From the human T2T-CHM13v2.0 reference genome, Homo sapiens, in NCBI RefSeq assembly GCF_009914755.1, contig NC_060926.1: DNA of 64,000 bases, one strand, 5' to 3'. Under the pieces are notes generated by a model. That model did no database searches. It saw only the letters and a program-made list of their open reading frames with translations, and was not told the origin of the DNA. Within the stretch, counting starts at the first letter, position 1; each line of letters begins with the position of its first letter. Of the stretch, positions 53,686 to 64,000 are shown piece after piece. Both the position numbers and the translations under genes were made by a program.

Positions 53686-54205
53686 AGGGAAATAAAAAAT
53701 CACTACTTTGCCTCCAGCATTAGTGATGAACGCTGAAACCACTGGGGAAAAGAGCATGGAGGAGCAGGATATTCACAAAGTCTCAGAGAATTACAACACA
53801 GGTTACTTATTAAGCACAAAGGGAGGAAGATACCTTTATAATGGAGAAATTCGGCAAATGCCAACTGAAGAAAGTGACCAAGCTGAACATCCCAGTGATG
53901 GGATGAACTAACAGTGTGTCCCTCCTGATGGGCCGCAGTGGGAAGGGTGAACATCGCCTGTCGAAGTCCTTGCCAAAAAGTAATCTAATGGTGAGCAAAC
54001 AACTAGATAAATGCAAATTGAAAAGCATCCTGCAAAACAATCAACCTGGGCCTTAAAAAATGTAAACAGCATGGAAACTTTCTAAAAGTCCCAGGTACAG
54101 CTAGAATAGAGAAGACTAAGGTCACACGACAGCCAACACAATGTACAATCCTTGATCAGATCCTAAATCAGACAAAGAGGATAGAACATAATAAACATTG
54201 TTCAT
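53686..54205 (+). mobile_element. L1ME-type 3' fragment
   Basis: CAAAGGGAGGAAGATACCTTTATAATGGAGAAAT...CAAATTGAAAAGCATCCTGCAAAACAA. Confidence 0.65.
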
Positions 54206-54734
54206 AGACAATTGAGAAGCTTCCTGTTGGGAAGAGTCCACCTTGGCAGGTGCTTCAGCAGCACTGAATGTGGAGGGCTATGAGGGGGAGGCACTGCCCT
54301 ATCAGAGAAGCTGCAGCTTCTACCAACAAAAATGGCCAATTCTCCCCAAGCAGATGCTGTGATGCAGGCACTCATTAAAGATTTTCCATGTACTGGGATC
54401 CTCACAGCAACCTATGAGATGTGTTACTATTATCTCTGTCTTAAAAATAAACAAGTGGTGGGCATAGCCATCACCTGACTTACCCATGAGCCAGCCCTTT
54501 GAAACTGCCTGGCCTCACCTATGAGATGTTCCCAGGAAGCAAGAGCCAGATAAAGCAGGGAAATGTTTAAAAATCATAAAAATAAGAAGGTCAATATTGG
54601 GAGCTACCAACACCCGAAGGCACCAAGGCAGAATTACCTCCATGCAGTCCAGGAGGACTCTACCTATTCCTTCTGATCCCTGCCCCACACCCCATAGCCC
54701 AACCTCGGGCAGCAGAGGCAAACCTGTGAGAGGG

Positions 54735-54905
54735 TGTGTGGGTCATATAATGGCCGCGAGATGTCCGGTCCTAATTCCTGGGACTTCAGAATGTGACCTG
54801 ATATGGAAAAAGGATCTTTGCGGATGTGATTGAGTGAAGGATCCTGAGATGGAGAAGTCTCCCCAGTGATCCAGGTAGGTGGGTTCTAAATGGGATCACA
54901 AGTTT
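54735..54905 (+). mobile_element. MLT1C/D LTR 5' fragment
   Basis: ATAATGGCC...GATGTCCGGTCCTAATTCCTGGGAC...GGATCTTTGCGGATGTGATT...GAGATGGAGAAG. Confidence 0.75.
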
Positions 54906-55274
54906 AGATATTTGCCTTCATAAATGGGTATTTTAATTACACAAATGAGACCTCCTTATGCCTACAAGAGCCTGGAGGGGCTTTCATCATTTAAAACTGA
55001 CCGAAGAGTTCAAGCAACGGCCCACAGCGTCTTTGAAAGGAAGAAGGCTGGCCAGTGGAGAGGCAGGACAGGGTGGCCATGCCACAGACTGGGTTACAGG
55101 AAGAGCTAGGGGAGGGGCGGCGCTCTCAGAGTGACAGGTAGAGCCACACACCACTCTCGGTGGCAGGTGCTTCCAGGAAAGCAGGGAGGAGGACAGAGGG
55201 AGGAGGATGGAGGGAGAATATGGCTGTAGCTATTTATATAATATGTAAGTATATTCAATAATCTAATATACATT

Positions 55275-55530
55275 TACTAGGTTTGATTTTTAGATCAACT
55301 TTAGGTTTATAGAAAACTTGAGAAGAAAGTACAGAGTGTTCAATATACCCCTTCACACACACACACACACAGAGCACAGCACACTCAGCCCCCATTAACA
55401 TCTATTAGTGAGGCACATTTGTTACAATTAATGATCCAATATTGGCATGATTATTAACTAAAGTCCATAGTTTGCTTCAGGGTTCACTCTTTGTGCATAA
55501 TGGCATGTATCCATCACTATAGCATCTTTG
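55275..55530 (-). mobile_element. L1MC-type 3' fragment
   Basis: TTTAGGTTTATAGAAAACTTGAGAAGAAAGTACAGAGT...ATTATTAACTAAAGTCCATAGTTT...AGGGTTCACTCTT. Confidence 0.75.
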
Positions 55531-55539
55531 TAGCTATAA

Positions 55540-55828
55540 TTTTTTTTTGAGATGGAATGTTGCTCATTGCCCAGGCTGGAGTACAATGGCATGATCTTGG
55601 CTCACTGCAACCTCTGACCTCCCTGGTTCAAGTGATTCTCCTGCCTCAGCCTCCCAAGTAGCTGGGATTACAGGCGCACGCCACCACACTCGGCTAATTT
55701 TTTATTTTTAGTAGAGGCGGGCTTTCACCATGTTGGCCAGGCTGGTCTTGAACTCCTGACCTCAGGCAATCCATTTGTCTCAGCCTTCCGAAGTGCTGGG
55801 ATTACAAGTGTGGGCCACCGCACCCAGC
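55540..55828 (-). mobile_element. AluS
   Basis: Antisense dimer; TSD GCTATAATTTTTTT at 55533 and 55829. Confidence 0.95.
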
Positions 55829-58800
55829 GCTATAATTTTTTTATTTGTTTAATTTCTTTAAACTAGAGAGATAAAGAATATGTGTCAAAATAGTAACCCC
55901 TGCTTAATCTCAATGGTGGATACCTAAACATCAATGATTTTTTGTAGTTTTTAAAAATATTTCATTTTTAAAAACACACATTGCTTGTGCATGGACGTGT
56001 GCCTCAAGGAAGAGCTGCTGAAGCAGCAACCACATGGAGAAGTGACCAGCCAGGTCCTTGGTCCTCACCCAGCATCGGGTCAGTGTTGTTTGAGGGTCTG
56101 GAGATGGCACAGGGATCAACCTGCAGAGATGAGGGTTGGAAAAAGCATAAGGCTGATCTTGACTTCTTCCTCTCCAAAGGAAGCTGATGAACAATCTGCA
56201 GGACTAAAGGAAGGAACCTAATTCCAAGAGGAAAGTTTCCAGGAGGAGCATGTGAAGCTCATGCTGTATCCAGAACTGAGCCGGTCTGAAACATGAAGCT
56301 GACAGCGCACAGTGGGTCCTGCACAGGGAGTGATGGTCCCCAGAGCGCCCTCCAAGAGCAAGAGAGGCCAGTAGGGGCCACTGGAGCCCCTGGGGCAGCT
56401 GTGGTGCACACTCAGAGTGTTCCGGGTGGACAGGGACAGGCGCGGTCGCAGTCTCATGTGAGGTCATCAGAAGATTGCCCTCCCAGGACTTCTCACAAGG
56501 AAGGGTGGGCCACAGGGAGGGAGCATAAGCACATCCTCTCACATGGAAATTTCGTTAAAAGTTAAAACATGCCATGAGAAAACTGAGGGTGATGAAGATG
56601 GGGCCAGCCACTTGGGGACCTAAGCAGGCCACCAGTGGGCCTGCCCAGGCTGTAAAGGACGCTCTGCCTTTTGATGGCTCAGAAACAAAGTCAAGAGGCA
56701 AGAAATTTACCCATGGTAGATAGTACTTGTCAGAAACCAAGAGCATGGAGTACAGGATTGGCATCCAAGTGAAAAACAACAGTGCAAAACAGAAACTGGG
56801 ATGTGAAGGAGGCACACGCAGGGCTCAGAGTGGCCCACTCCAAGGCTGTGGGTGATTCAGAAGCTGAAGACGCAATGCGCTGTGCACTGCACCTGTCAGT
56901 CCTAGGATGGTCCTTGGCAGCATAAAGTGGCAAATCTGGGGGGAAAAAGAAAACAGATTTCTGGCCTTGTAACAGGAATGTAGACATTGGTCCTCAAGAC
57001 AGTGGGAAACATTGTTGCAACCCAGGAGTCACTCAATTGTTGCTAAACAAGTCAGACTCTAGCAAAGTAGAAGCAGTTGAAGTTGTGCCAAGAGTACCAA
57101 CTACTCCTGGTCCCATCCCAGGCTGCCGTGCCGTGATGAACTGGGGAAGGAAAATGCTGGAATTAGTAGACACGATTTTTGAGGTCCAAGATGATCGGGG
57201 AGGTTGGACCTGGACAGTGTGTCTGCTGACGGGCCACTTTCCTCACAGGTCCAAGCACATCTCCTAAGGAGAGAACGACTCTTCATTGAGTGTTGGGTTC
57301 TCAAGTTCAAGTATAAAATACATGCTGCAGTTCTTATTCTCAACTTAACTACATTAAGTCCTGTTTCAAAGCTTTCACTTCCCACCCGAAGCTGACGACC
57401 AACTTAGAGTGAACGCTTCCTGGGTCAGGCCACCATTCCAAGGCATTGGGGTGGCATTGGGTTATTGGTATCCGGGCTGCCAGTCCTCCTAGTCCTCTCT
57501 AAGCCATTTCCTCCTCAGCCTTGATAACTGCACGTGGCTGTCTCTGCAGTGCCAGCACAGGAGTGAGGACAGGAAGCTGTTGGAAGTGGCCACCTCCCAT
57601 CTGGATCCGTCTCCCAGTGGCCATCCTCTCTGGAAGCAATGCCCCTCCCTCTCCAGAGGCGTTGCTTTGGAAGCAGACAGAGCAGTTCCTCTTTCTCTCT
57701 CTGGATACCAATTCTCATCCATTCTTTTTTCTATTTAATCTCCCAAGCCCGGGTAAATCTTCTCTCCTCACTGATTGTGCCCCCAAATATTCTATTTCCA
57801 AGGATCTTCATCCAAATCTAGATTTAGACAGTCGGAGGGAAGGGCCAGGAGGATTCAGGCCATGTCTGTACACCCCTTCCTGATGCAATGAGCTCAGGGC
57901 CAGGCAATGGCTTGAGTGGGAGGACAGGGAAGAAAAGTTGCAGAGAAAGAAGGCACATGCCAATGCCTCAAAATATCTCTCATGGTGGTTATGTGGTTCC
58001 TCCTGAATCCACTTGATCTGGATGTCTGGGCACATGTCTCAATACATAGGTATAAAAATCCCAGAACCACTTCCTACCCTGTACAACGAAGCACACAGCA
58101 GAGAGATCTGCCTGAGCTGGATTGCACGTGTTGCAGGTGCTGCACCCTGAGCTGAGGGCAGGACCTCCCTGGGTGCAACTGTACTGACTCAGGCACAGGA
58201 TCCCAGGGCCGCAACAGTGTTTCGAGGGGGCTCAGGAGAGAAGGACAACCGAAAATGGACACAGGACAGAGCCAAGCTGCAAAAGATGGAGGAGGCAGCG
58301 GGGATGAGAATGGAAAGGAGGTTGCCCGAGTCAGATACTCTTTCAAGAAATACTGAGTTGGAAAGAGTAAGAGGGAAAGAATGTCCCCTTCAGGCCTTGA
58401 AGATGGAGAGAGGGAAGATGGCCCAGAGAAGTCGGTCACCACTTCCTGGTTTTGTTCTTGTTGTTGTTGCATTTCCCAATAAGGAATGCTTGATGAATTT
58501 TATGGCCACAGCAGAGGACCAGGGAGGTGAGCAAAGATGCAAAATGCAAAGAGATGATTGATGGAGAAAGGAAGCAGTTGCTGGGCAGCACAGGAGATTA
58601 TGAACCTGGAGACATTTGGGAAGGGCGATTCTGAGCCACGTTAAAGTACTGATATGCCGTGTTTCTTCCCACTGAACACCTCGGACCTTCTTGTTATCAT
58701 CGTTGCCCGTGGCCTGCCCTCCCCAGCGGCCTCTCCATACCATCCCCTCAACTCCAAGAGCCAGGCTGAACCTCAGGGGTTGGGGTGGACTAGGCAATCT

Positions 58801-58954
58801 TCCACTGGTGTTGCTGGGCGACGGTACACGTCTAAATGTTTATTGCTCAGGTTTGTGTAAAATCGCATTATGTCAGGTGGAGAGAATGGGATCAAGGGCA
58901 CTTGAGGGAAAGTGTCTTCCTAGGAGATGGGCACCAAGAACACAGGGAGGGTGC

Positions 58955-59018
58955 AGAGGAGGGGAAGAGAGGCAACCGCCCCCAAGAGAGGAGGTGAAGA
59001 GAGGCAACCGCCCCCAAG
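58955..59018. repeat. 32-bp tandem duplication
   Basis: AGAGGAGG(G/T)GAAGAGAGGCAACCGCCCCCAAG twice, 31/32 identical. Confidence 0.95.
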
Positions 59019-60299
59019 AGGCCTCATGCAGGTGTCAGCGCCAGGCACCCCGCCCTCCTGCTGGACCAAGGAGCTCAGTCAGTGCTTGAAGATGTTGGAA
59101 AGTTTCCGGGAATCGTGTGGAAAAGAGGGAACTTGAAGTCAGGTAGTCAGTAGGGTCAGGCATCAGTGTTGCAGCAGGCGTCTGCAGACAAATCACGGAA
59201 GCCTTCACCGCATGAGGTCTCACGGCCAGACCAAGCCCTGCTCCCCTCCCCATCTCTGTAGCCATTTCCTGGCCATTGTCAGTGTCAATAAATAATTCCT
59301 CAAGGAATTAATGCTTTTACCAAGGTTTCTCAATCATCTTAAATGCCCTTTTCAACTACAACACATATGTAGACTTAAACTTTATTTTACTTACTTAAAC
59401 AATATTTCTTTATACCCTTTTCCTGCCCATCTACTTAATATATGAAATTTGGAAAGATGCTTGTATTTAGAATACAAGAATTTATAAGAATGTAATTGCC
59501 TATGGGTTCATTATTGCGGTTGAGTATTTTTTCTTTGTTGTAGGCTATGCTTAGAATAATTTCCACAGCTTTATTATAAAGGAAGGAAATATATACCAGA
59601 ATAACATAATATATTGAAAAGGAATGTTTCCAAAGCTAAATAAAGCTGTGGAAATTAAAAAGGAAAAATTATGCTTGACTCACAATGAGACCGCAGCCTC
59701 TCCCAAGGCGGCAACAGTCTTGCTTCTCCATGAAGCACTGGATGAGGAGAGCTGCCCAGGAAGGGCTCACGTATTACATGGTGGAGTTTGCTTCCCACAT
59801 TATCCCAAATGCCTACATCTAAACAATAAAGGCCTTCCTCCTAGCCCTTGGCTGAGAATTAGGCCCCATGGCAGTCGTTGGAAAGACTAAAATAAAACAA
59901 CATTTACATAAACAAACTCAGCTCTCAGCAGCCCGATGCACAGCTGCTCAGTCCCCACTATGGGCAGTTTGATGAGCTTGGCCTCCAACAACACGCAGAA
60001 GAGCTGCAAGAAAATCCATGTTTGCAAAGCTCAGACACCTGGCACCGAAGGGGAGGAGGGAAATACATTTTTGAAAACGCCTTTGAATTTCCAGATACAA
60101 AATTTTAAATAGAGACAAAATAATCTACCCCAACCTCACTCTGGTTCAGAATGTAATCTCTTTCTGTAACCATTTTAACAGCATCCTAATTCACACACCT
60201 GTTCCCAGGACACTTTTTCCCTCCAAAATTCTCTGCATACTGCCCCTAGAGTGACATCTCTAACTCAGCAGAGGTCCAAGTTTGAGATGTTGCTATTAT

Positions 60300-60769
60300 G
60301 CTTTACGGTAAGTTTAACTGTGTCCTCTAAAAAGACATGTTAAAGTCCTAACCCCTGGTACCTGTGAAGGTAACTGTATTTGGAAATAAAGTCTTTGTAG
60401 GTGTAATTAGTTAAATTAAGATGAGGTCAGACTGGAAAAGAGTGGATGCTTAATCCAATATGACTGATGTCATTACAAGAAGAGGGAAATTTGGATACAG
60501 ACATACATAAACAGCACCATGTGAACATGAGGGCAGAGAACTGGATGATCCATCTAGAAGCCACAGGATGCCAAAGGTTGCCAGGAAACCACCAGAAGCT
60601 AAGCAGAGGCCTGGGACAGATTCTCCTCACAGATCTCGGAGGGAACCAGCCCTGCCAACATCTTGATTTTGGACTTCCAGCCTCCAGAACTGTGAGACAA
60701 TAAAAGTCTGTGGTTTTAAGCCACCCAGATTGTGGTCACTTGTTATAGCAGCTCCAGGAAACTCACACA
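60300..60769 (+). mobile_element. MLT1B/C LTR
   Basis: AAAGTCCTAACCCCTGGTACCTGTGAA...GGACTTCCAGCCTCCAGAACTGTGAGACAATAAA...GGAAACTCACACA. Confidence 0.9.
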
Positions 60770-61360
60770 GCCCTAGACTGATGTGGCCTGAACACCCTGG
60801 AGTCCTGGAGGAGTGAGCAATCTTCCTTGGAGACTCAGGATTCAGGAAGAATGTGGAGGAGGGAAGAGGAAGCAGCCACCTTTGAGATGCCCCACATGTG
60901 TATGAGACACAGAAGCCTCAGCCTTCTTCTGGAAGGAGGAGCTGAGTCAGGGTTTGAAGATTTTGGAGGGTTTCTAGAAATAGAAATAGAAGAGAGTGAT
61001 TTAGTGTGTGATGGAGGGCACCCCACAAAGACAGGCAGAGGTGTGCAGGTTTGTCCAGGACAAAGAAGCAGTACGGGTAGGGAGGGTCCACCCAGGAGTG
61101 CAAGGTGACTTCCATCTGGGCTCAGCAGCTGTGGCAGCTGCAGAAGCACAGCCAGCTCTCCTTGAACTGGGTCCTGATCTCAGCATGAGGAGCTCGACAC
61201 CTGGCAGCTTTTGCAGCAGACGGTGACCAAGAGAAGAAAGATGACCAGGGAGCCCCGGAGAGAAGGAGTCAGATGATAGATGTCACACCTTTCCTAACTG
61301 ATTATATTGACAGCAATAAAAACAGCTCAAATGTATTATATTCCATGTGTCGGGTACTAT

Positions 61361-62000
61361 TTTTTTTATTATACTTTAAGTTCTAGGGTACATGTGCACA
61401 ACATACAGGGTTGATTAAAGACTTAAATGTTAGACCTAAAACCATAAAAACCCTAGAAGAAAACCTACGCAATACCATTTAGGACATAGGCATGGGCAAG
61501 GACTTCATGACTAAAACACCAAAAGCAATGGCAACAAAAGCCAAAATTGACAAATGGGATCTAATTAAACTAAAGAGCTTCTGCACAGCAAAAGAAACTA
61601 CCATCAGAGGGAACAGGCAACCTACAGAATGGGAGAACATTTTTGCAATCTACCCATCTGACAAAGGGCTAATATCCAGAATCTACAAAGAACTTAAACA
61701 AATTTACAAGAAAAAATCAAACAACCCCATCAAAAAGTGGGCAAAGGATATGAACAGACACTTTTCAAAAGAAGACATTTATGCATCCAACAGACACATG
61801 AAAAAATGCTCATCATCACTGGCCATCAGAGAAATGCAAATCAAAACCACAACGAGATACCATCTCACACCAGTTAGAATGGCAATCATTAAAAAGTCAG
61901 GAAACAACAGGTGCTGGAGAGGATGTGGAGAAATAGGAACACTTTTACACTGTTGGTGGGAGTATAAACTAGTTCGACCATTGTGGAAGACAGTGTGGCC
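61361..62000 (-). mobile_element. young L1PA twin-primed insertion
   Basis: Antisense tail 61361-61409, sense ORF2 61411-61999; TSD GGTACTATTTT at 61353 and 62001. Confidence 0.95.
61492..61999 (+). pseudogene. L1 ORF2p C-terminal remnant (open frame)
   Basis: [31 protein letters not shown]...[17 protein letters not shown] matches L1 ORF2p. Confidence 0.9.
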
Positions 62001-62011
62001 GGTACTATTTT

Positions 62012-62175
62012 AAGCAGTTGACGCATATTAACTCATTTAACTCTCACTATATAGCATTATATTATCCCCACTTTACAGTATAGGAAGTAGGGGTCATGGA
62101 GGTTTAGGAATCTACTCAACATCTCACTGTTGATAAAGGCAGAGCTGAGCTTTGAACCCTGGCAGCCCGCTCCAC
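62012..62175 (-). mobile_element. MIR (host of the L1PA; other part at about 61310-61360)
   Basis: ATTAACTCATTTAACTCTCAC...TATTATCCCCACTTTACAG...GGCAGAGCTGAGCTTTGAACCC. Confidence 0.8.
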
Positions 62176-62353
62176 AAGAATTCATACTCTCCTACAATGC
62201 AGAGACTCAACATTCTTGCTGAGAGGACTACCTCACCAGGCAGTCCTCCTCACTCACCAGATATGTATGGCACATTTCTCCTGGTCCTCACAGAGCTATC
62301 TAAGAGAAATCCTATGGGCTCTAGGATGAATGCAGGCAGGGCAAGACAAATCC

Positions 62354-62648
62354 TTTTTTTTTTTTTTTTAACAGAATCTTGCTGTCACCCAGGCTGGAGT
62401 ACAGCGCTATGATCTCGGCTCACTGCAACCTCAGTCTCCTGGGTTCAAGCAATTCTCCTGCCTCAGCCTCCTGAGTAGATGGGACTACAAGTGCATGCCA
62501 CCACATCCAGCTAATTTTTTGTATTTTTTGTAGAGATGGAATTTCACTATGTTGGCCAGGCTGGTATCAAACTCCTGAACTCAAGTTATTCACCTGCCTC
62601 GGCCTCCCAAAGTGCTGGGATTACAGGCATGAGCCACTGCACCCCGCC
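62354..62648 (-). mobile_element. AluS
   Basis: Antisense dimer; GACAAATCCT at 62345 and 62652. Confidence 0.95.
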
Positions 62649-63059
62649 TAGGACAAATCCTATCTTGTGATTGTAATGCAACTCCAGCTTTGCCCCGAGA
62701 GCAGTAGAAATCGTCCAGGAAGCTTCTCTTTTCCAGGAATTTGCAATTACACCAGATTGATGATGAATGGAAGATGGTGATGTTCAGTTGGGCAGAGCCC
62801 TTTGAAATAAACAGAGAAACTAGAAAAGCAAAAGCTACGCAGTTTGGAAGTGACATGCAGCTGAACAAAAACTAACTACTAATCCCCCTGGAAAAGAGGT
62901 GCTCCTCCAATAAGCATTAACCTAGCTCCTACGTGAAGCTCATTCAACCGGTACTGACTGGGCACCTTCTATATGATTATCTATGTGCTGAAGACCATAA
63001 CAGACGAAAATGATAAGCAAGGAACTTCCCTTTATAATACAGGGAAAACAGCAGAGATT

Positions 63060-63230
63060 TCATAGCCAGACTAACCTGTGTTTGTAGCCTAGCTTTAACC
63101 ATTTACCTTGAACAAGTTGTTCGACTCCACCAAGCCTCAGTCTCCTCATCTTTAGAATTAATGTGAGAACATCTGGCTCAGAGAAGTGAGATAATTAAAT
63201 GAGAAAAGGTTTCTAGAGCGCCTAGTACAG
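63060..63230 (+). mobile_element. MIR SINE
   Basis: ACCTTGAACAAGTTG...AAGCCTCAGTCTCCTCATCT...AATTAAATGAGAAAA...AGCGCCTAGTACAG. Confidence 0.75.
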
Positions 63231-63255
63231 CTGTAGCCAAAAATTATCAACCCAA

Positions 63256-64000
63256 GTTCTTTTTCCAGGAAGATGGAGTAGACATACTTTTCCGCATTCT
63301 GCCCACTAAGTATAATGAAACTCTGGAAATTATTTATAAAACAAAACAAAAAGGAATGTATTAAAAGCTGAAGGGAAGAAGAAAGATCCACTAGGGACCT
63401 CAGAACCTAAAGACTGACACAGTGGTTAGTTCTCTGGGTTTTCATTTTGCCTCACATATCCAAGACTTGGAGCTGAAGAAGTCTGCAACCTTGGAAACAC
63501 CAAATGGGCACATATATTTAATTCCCAATGAAAGCCTGTTCTCTATAGGCAAAGGACAAGAAAATGGGCAGCCAAGCAAGACATGAAACTCTTGAAAAAT
63601 AACCACTCTATTACAGACAAACACCACAGAAAAACTAATGTGGCTCCCCTATTCTCCACAAGCCAGCAAAGCCCAAGCATGAAGGACAGACTTCCACCCG
63701 CACCAGGCTGTTTAATAAGGTGCACCAAGCCCCCAGCAGGGTGGTATCAGAGGAAGTCTAGTGGAGAGTCAGGACATTCACTAACACCCAGTAATAACAA
63801 ACTTATCCTACCACCATGGTGCCAGGCCAGGTGGAGAACAATAACCAGGAAGTCCTACCACTTCCAGACAGGGAGGTTTCAAAGAGGGCCTACTGGGAAA
63901 TCAACACTCCCACCTCTGCCCAGCAGTACTGGGGAGTTCCCTCACCTTGGTGTCAATGGAAGCCAAGTGGGGAACACGCCCTTATACCCCTACTTGGCAG
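63256..64000 (+). mobile_element. L1M (MC/MD-type) 5' region, runs off the window
   Basis: TTCCAGGAAGATGGAGTAGACATACTTTTCC...AAACTCTGGAAATTATTTATAAAACAAAAC. Confidence 0.6.

Noticed and set aside
59045-59066. CTCF-like CCAGCAGGAGGGCG on the minus strand
   Set aside because: Mismatches at core positions of CCASYAGRKGGCRS; not supportable.
55870-59270. Dense overlapping short ORFs in GC-richer unique DNA
   Set aside because: Present on both strands and in all frames as expected from composition; no recognisable domain or convincing exon.

Overview
Primate (very probably human) non-coding genomic DNA, judged from AluJ/S/Y, L1PA/PB/M, L2, MIR, MaLR/ERV LTRs and Hsmar1-derived MADE1. I recognise no protein-coding exon or RNA gene. 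All ORFs that resemble known proteins are L1 ORF1/ORF2 remnants or Alu read-throughs, and the rest look like chance or low-complexity ORFs. Much of the window is transposon-derived, including a four-layer nested L1 pile (11.4-24.7 kb) and a near full-length old L1 (46.1-53.7 kb). The structure not explained by ordinary transposition is three inverted, locally templated insertions within about 12 kb (17.8, 22.2 and 29.1 kb), two of them inside (TA)-rich tracts. There are also four MADE1/Hsmar1 TIR relics, two of them complementary half-elements joined to their host by microhomology, and two twin-primed L1PA insertions. A few unique segments carry enhancer-like motif clusters. Repeat subfamily names come from recalled consensus sequences and need Dfam/RepeatMasker confirmation. 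Boundaries of old repeats are approximate.
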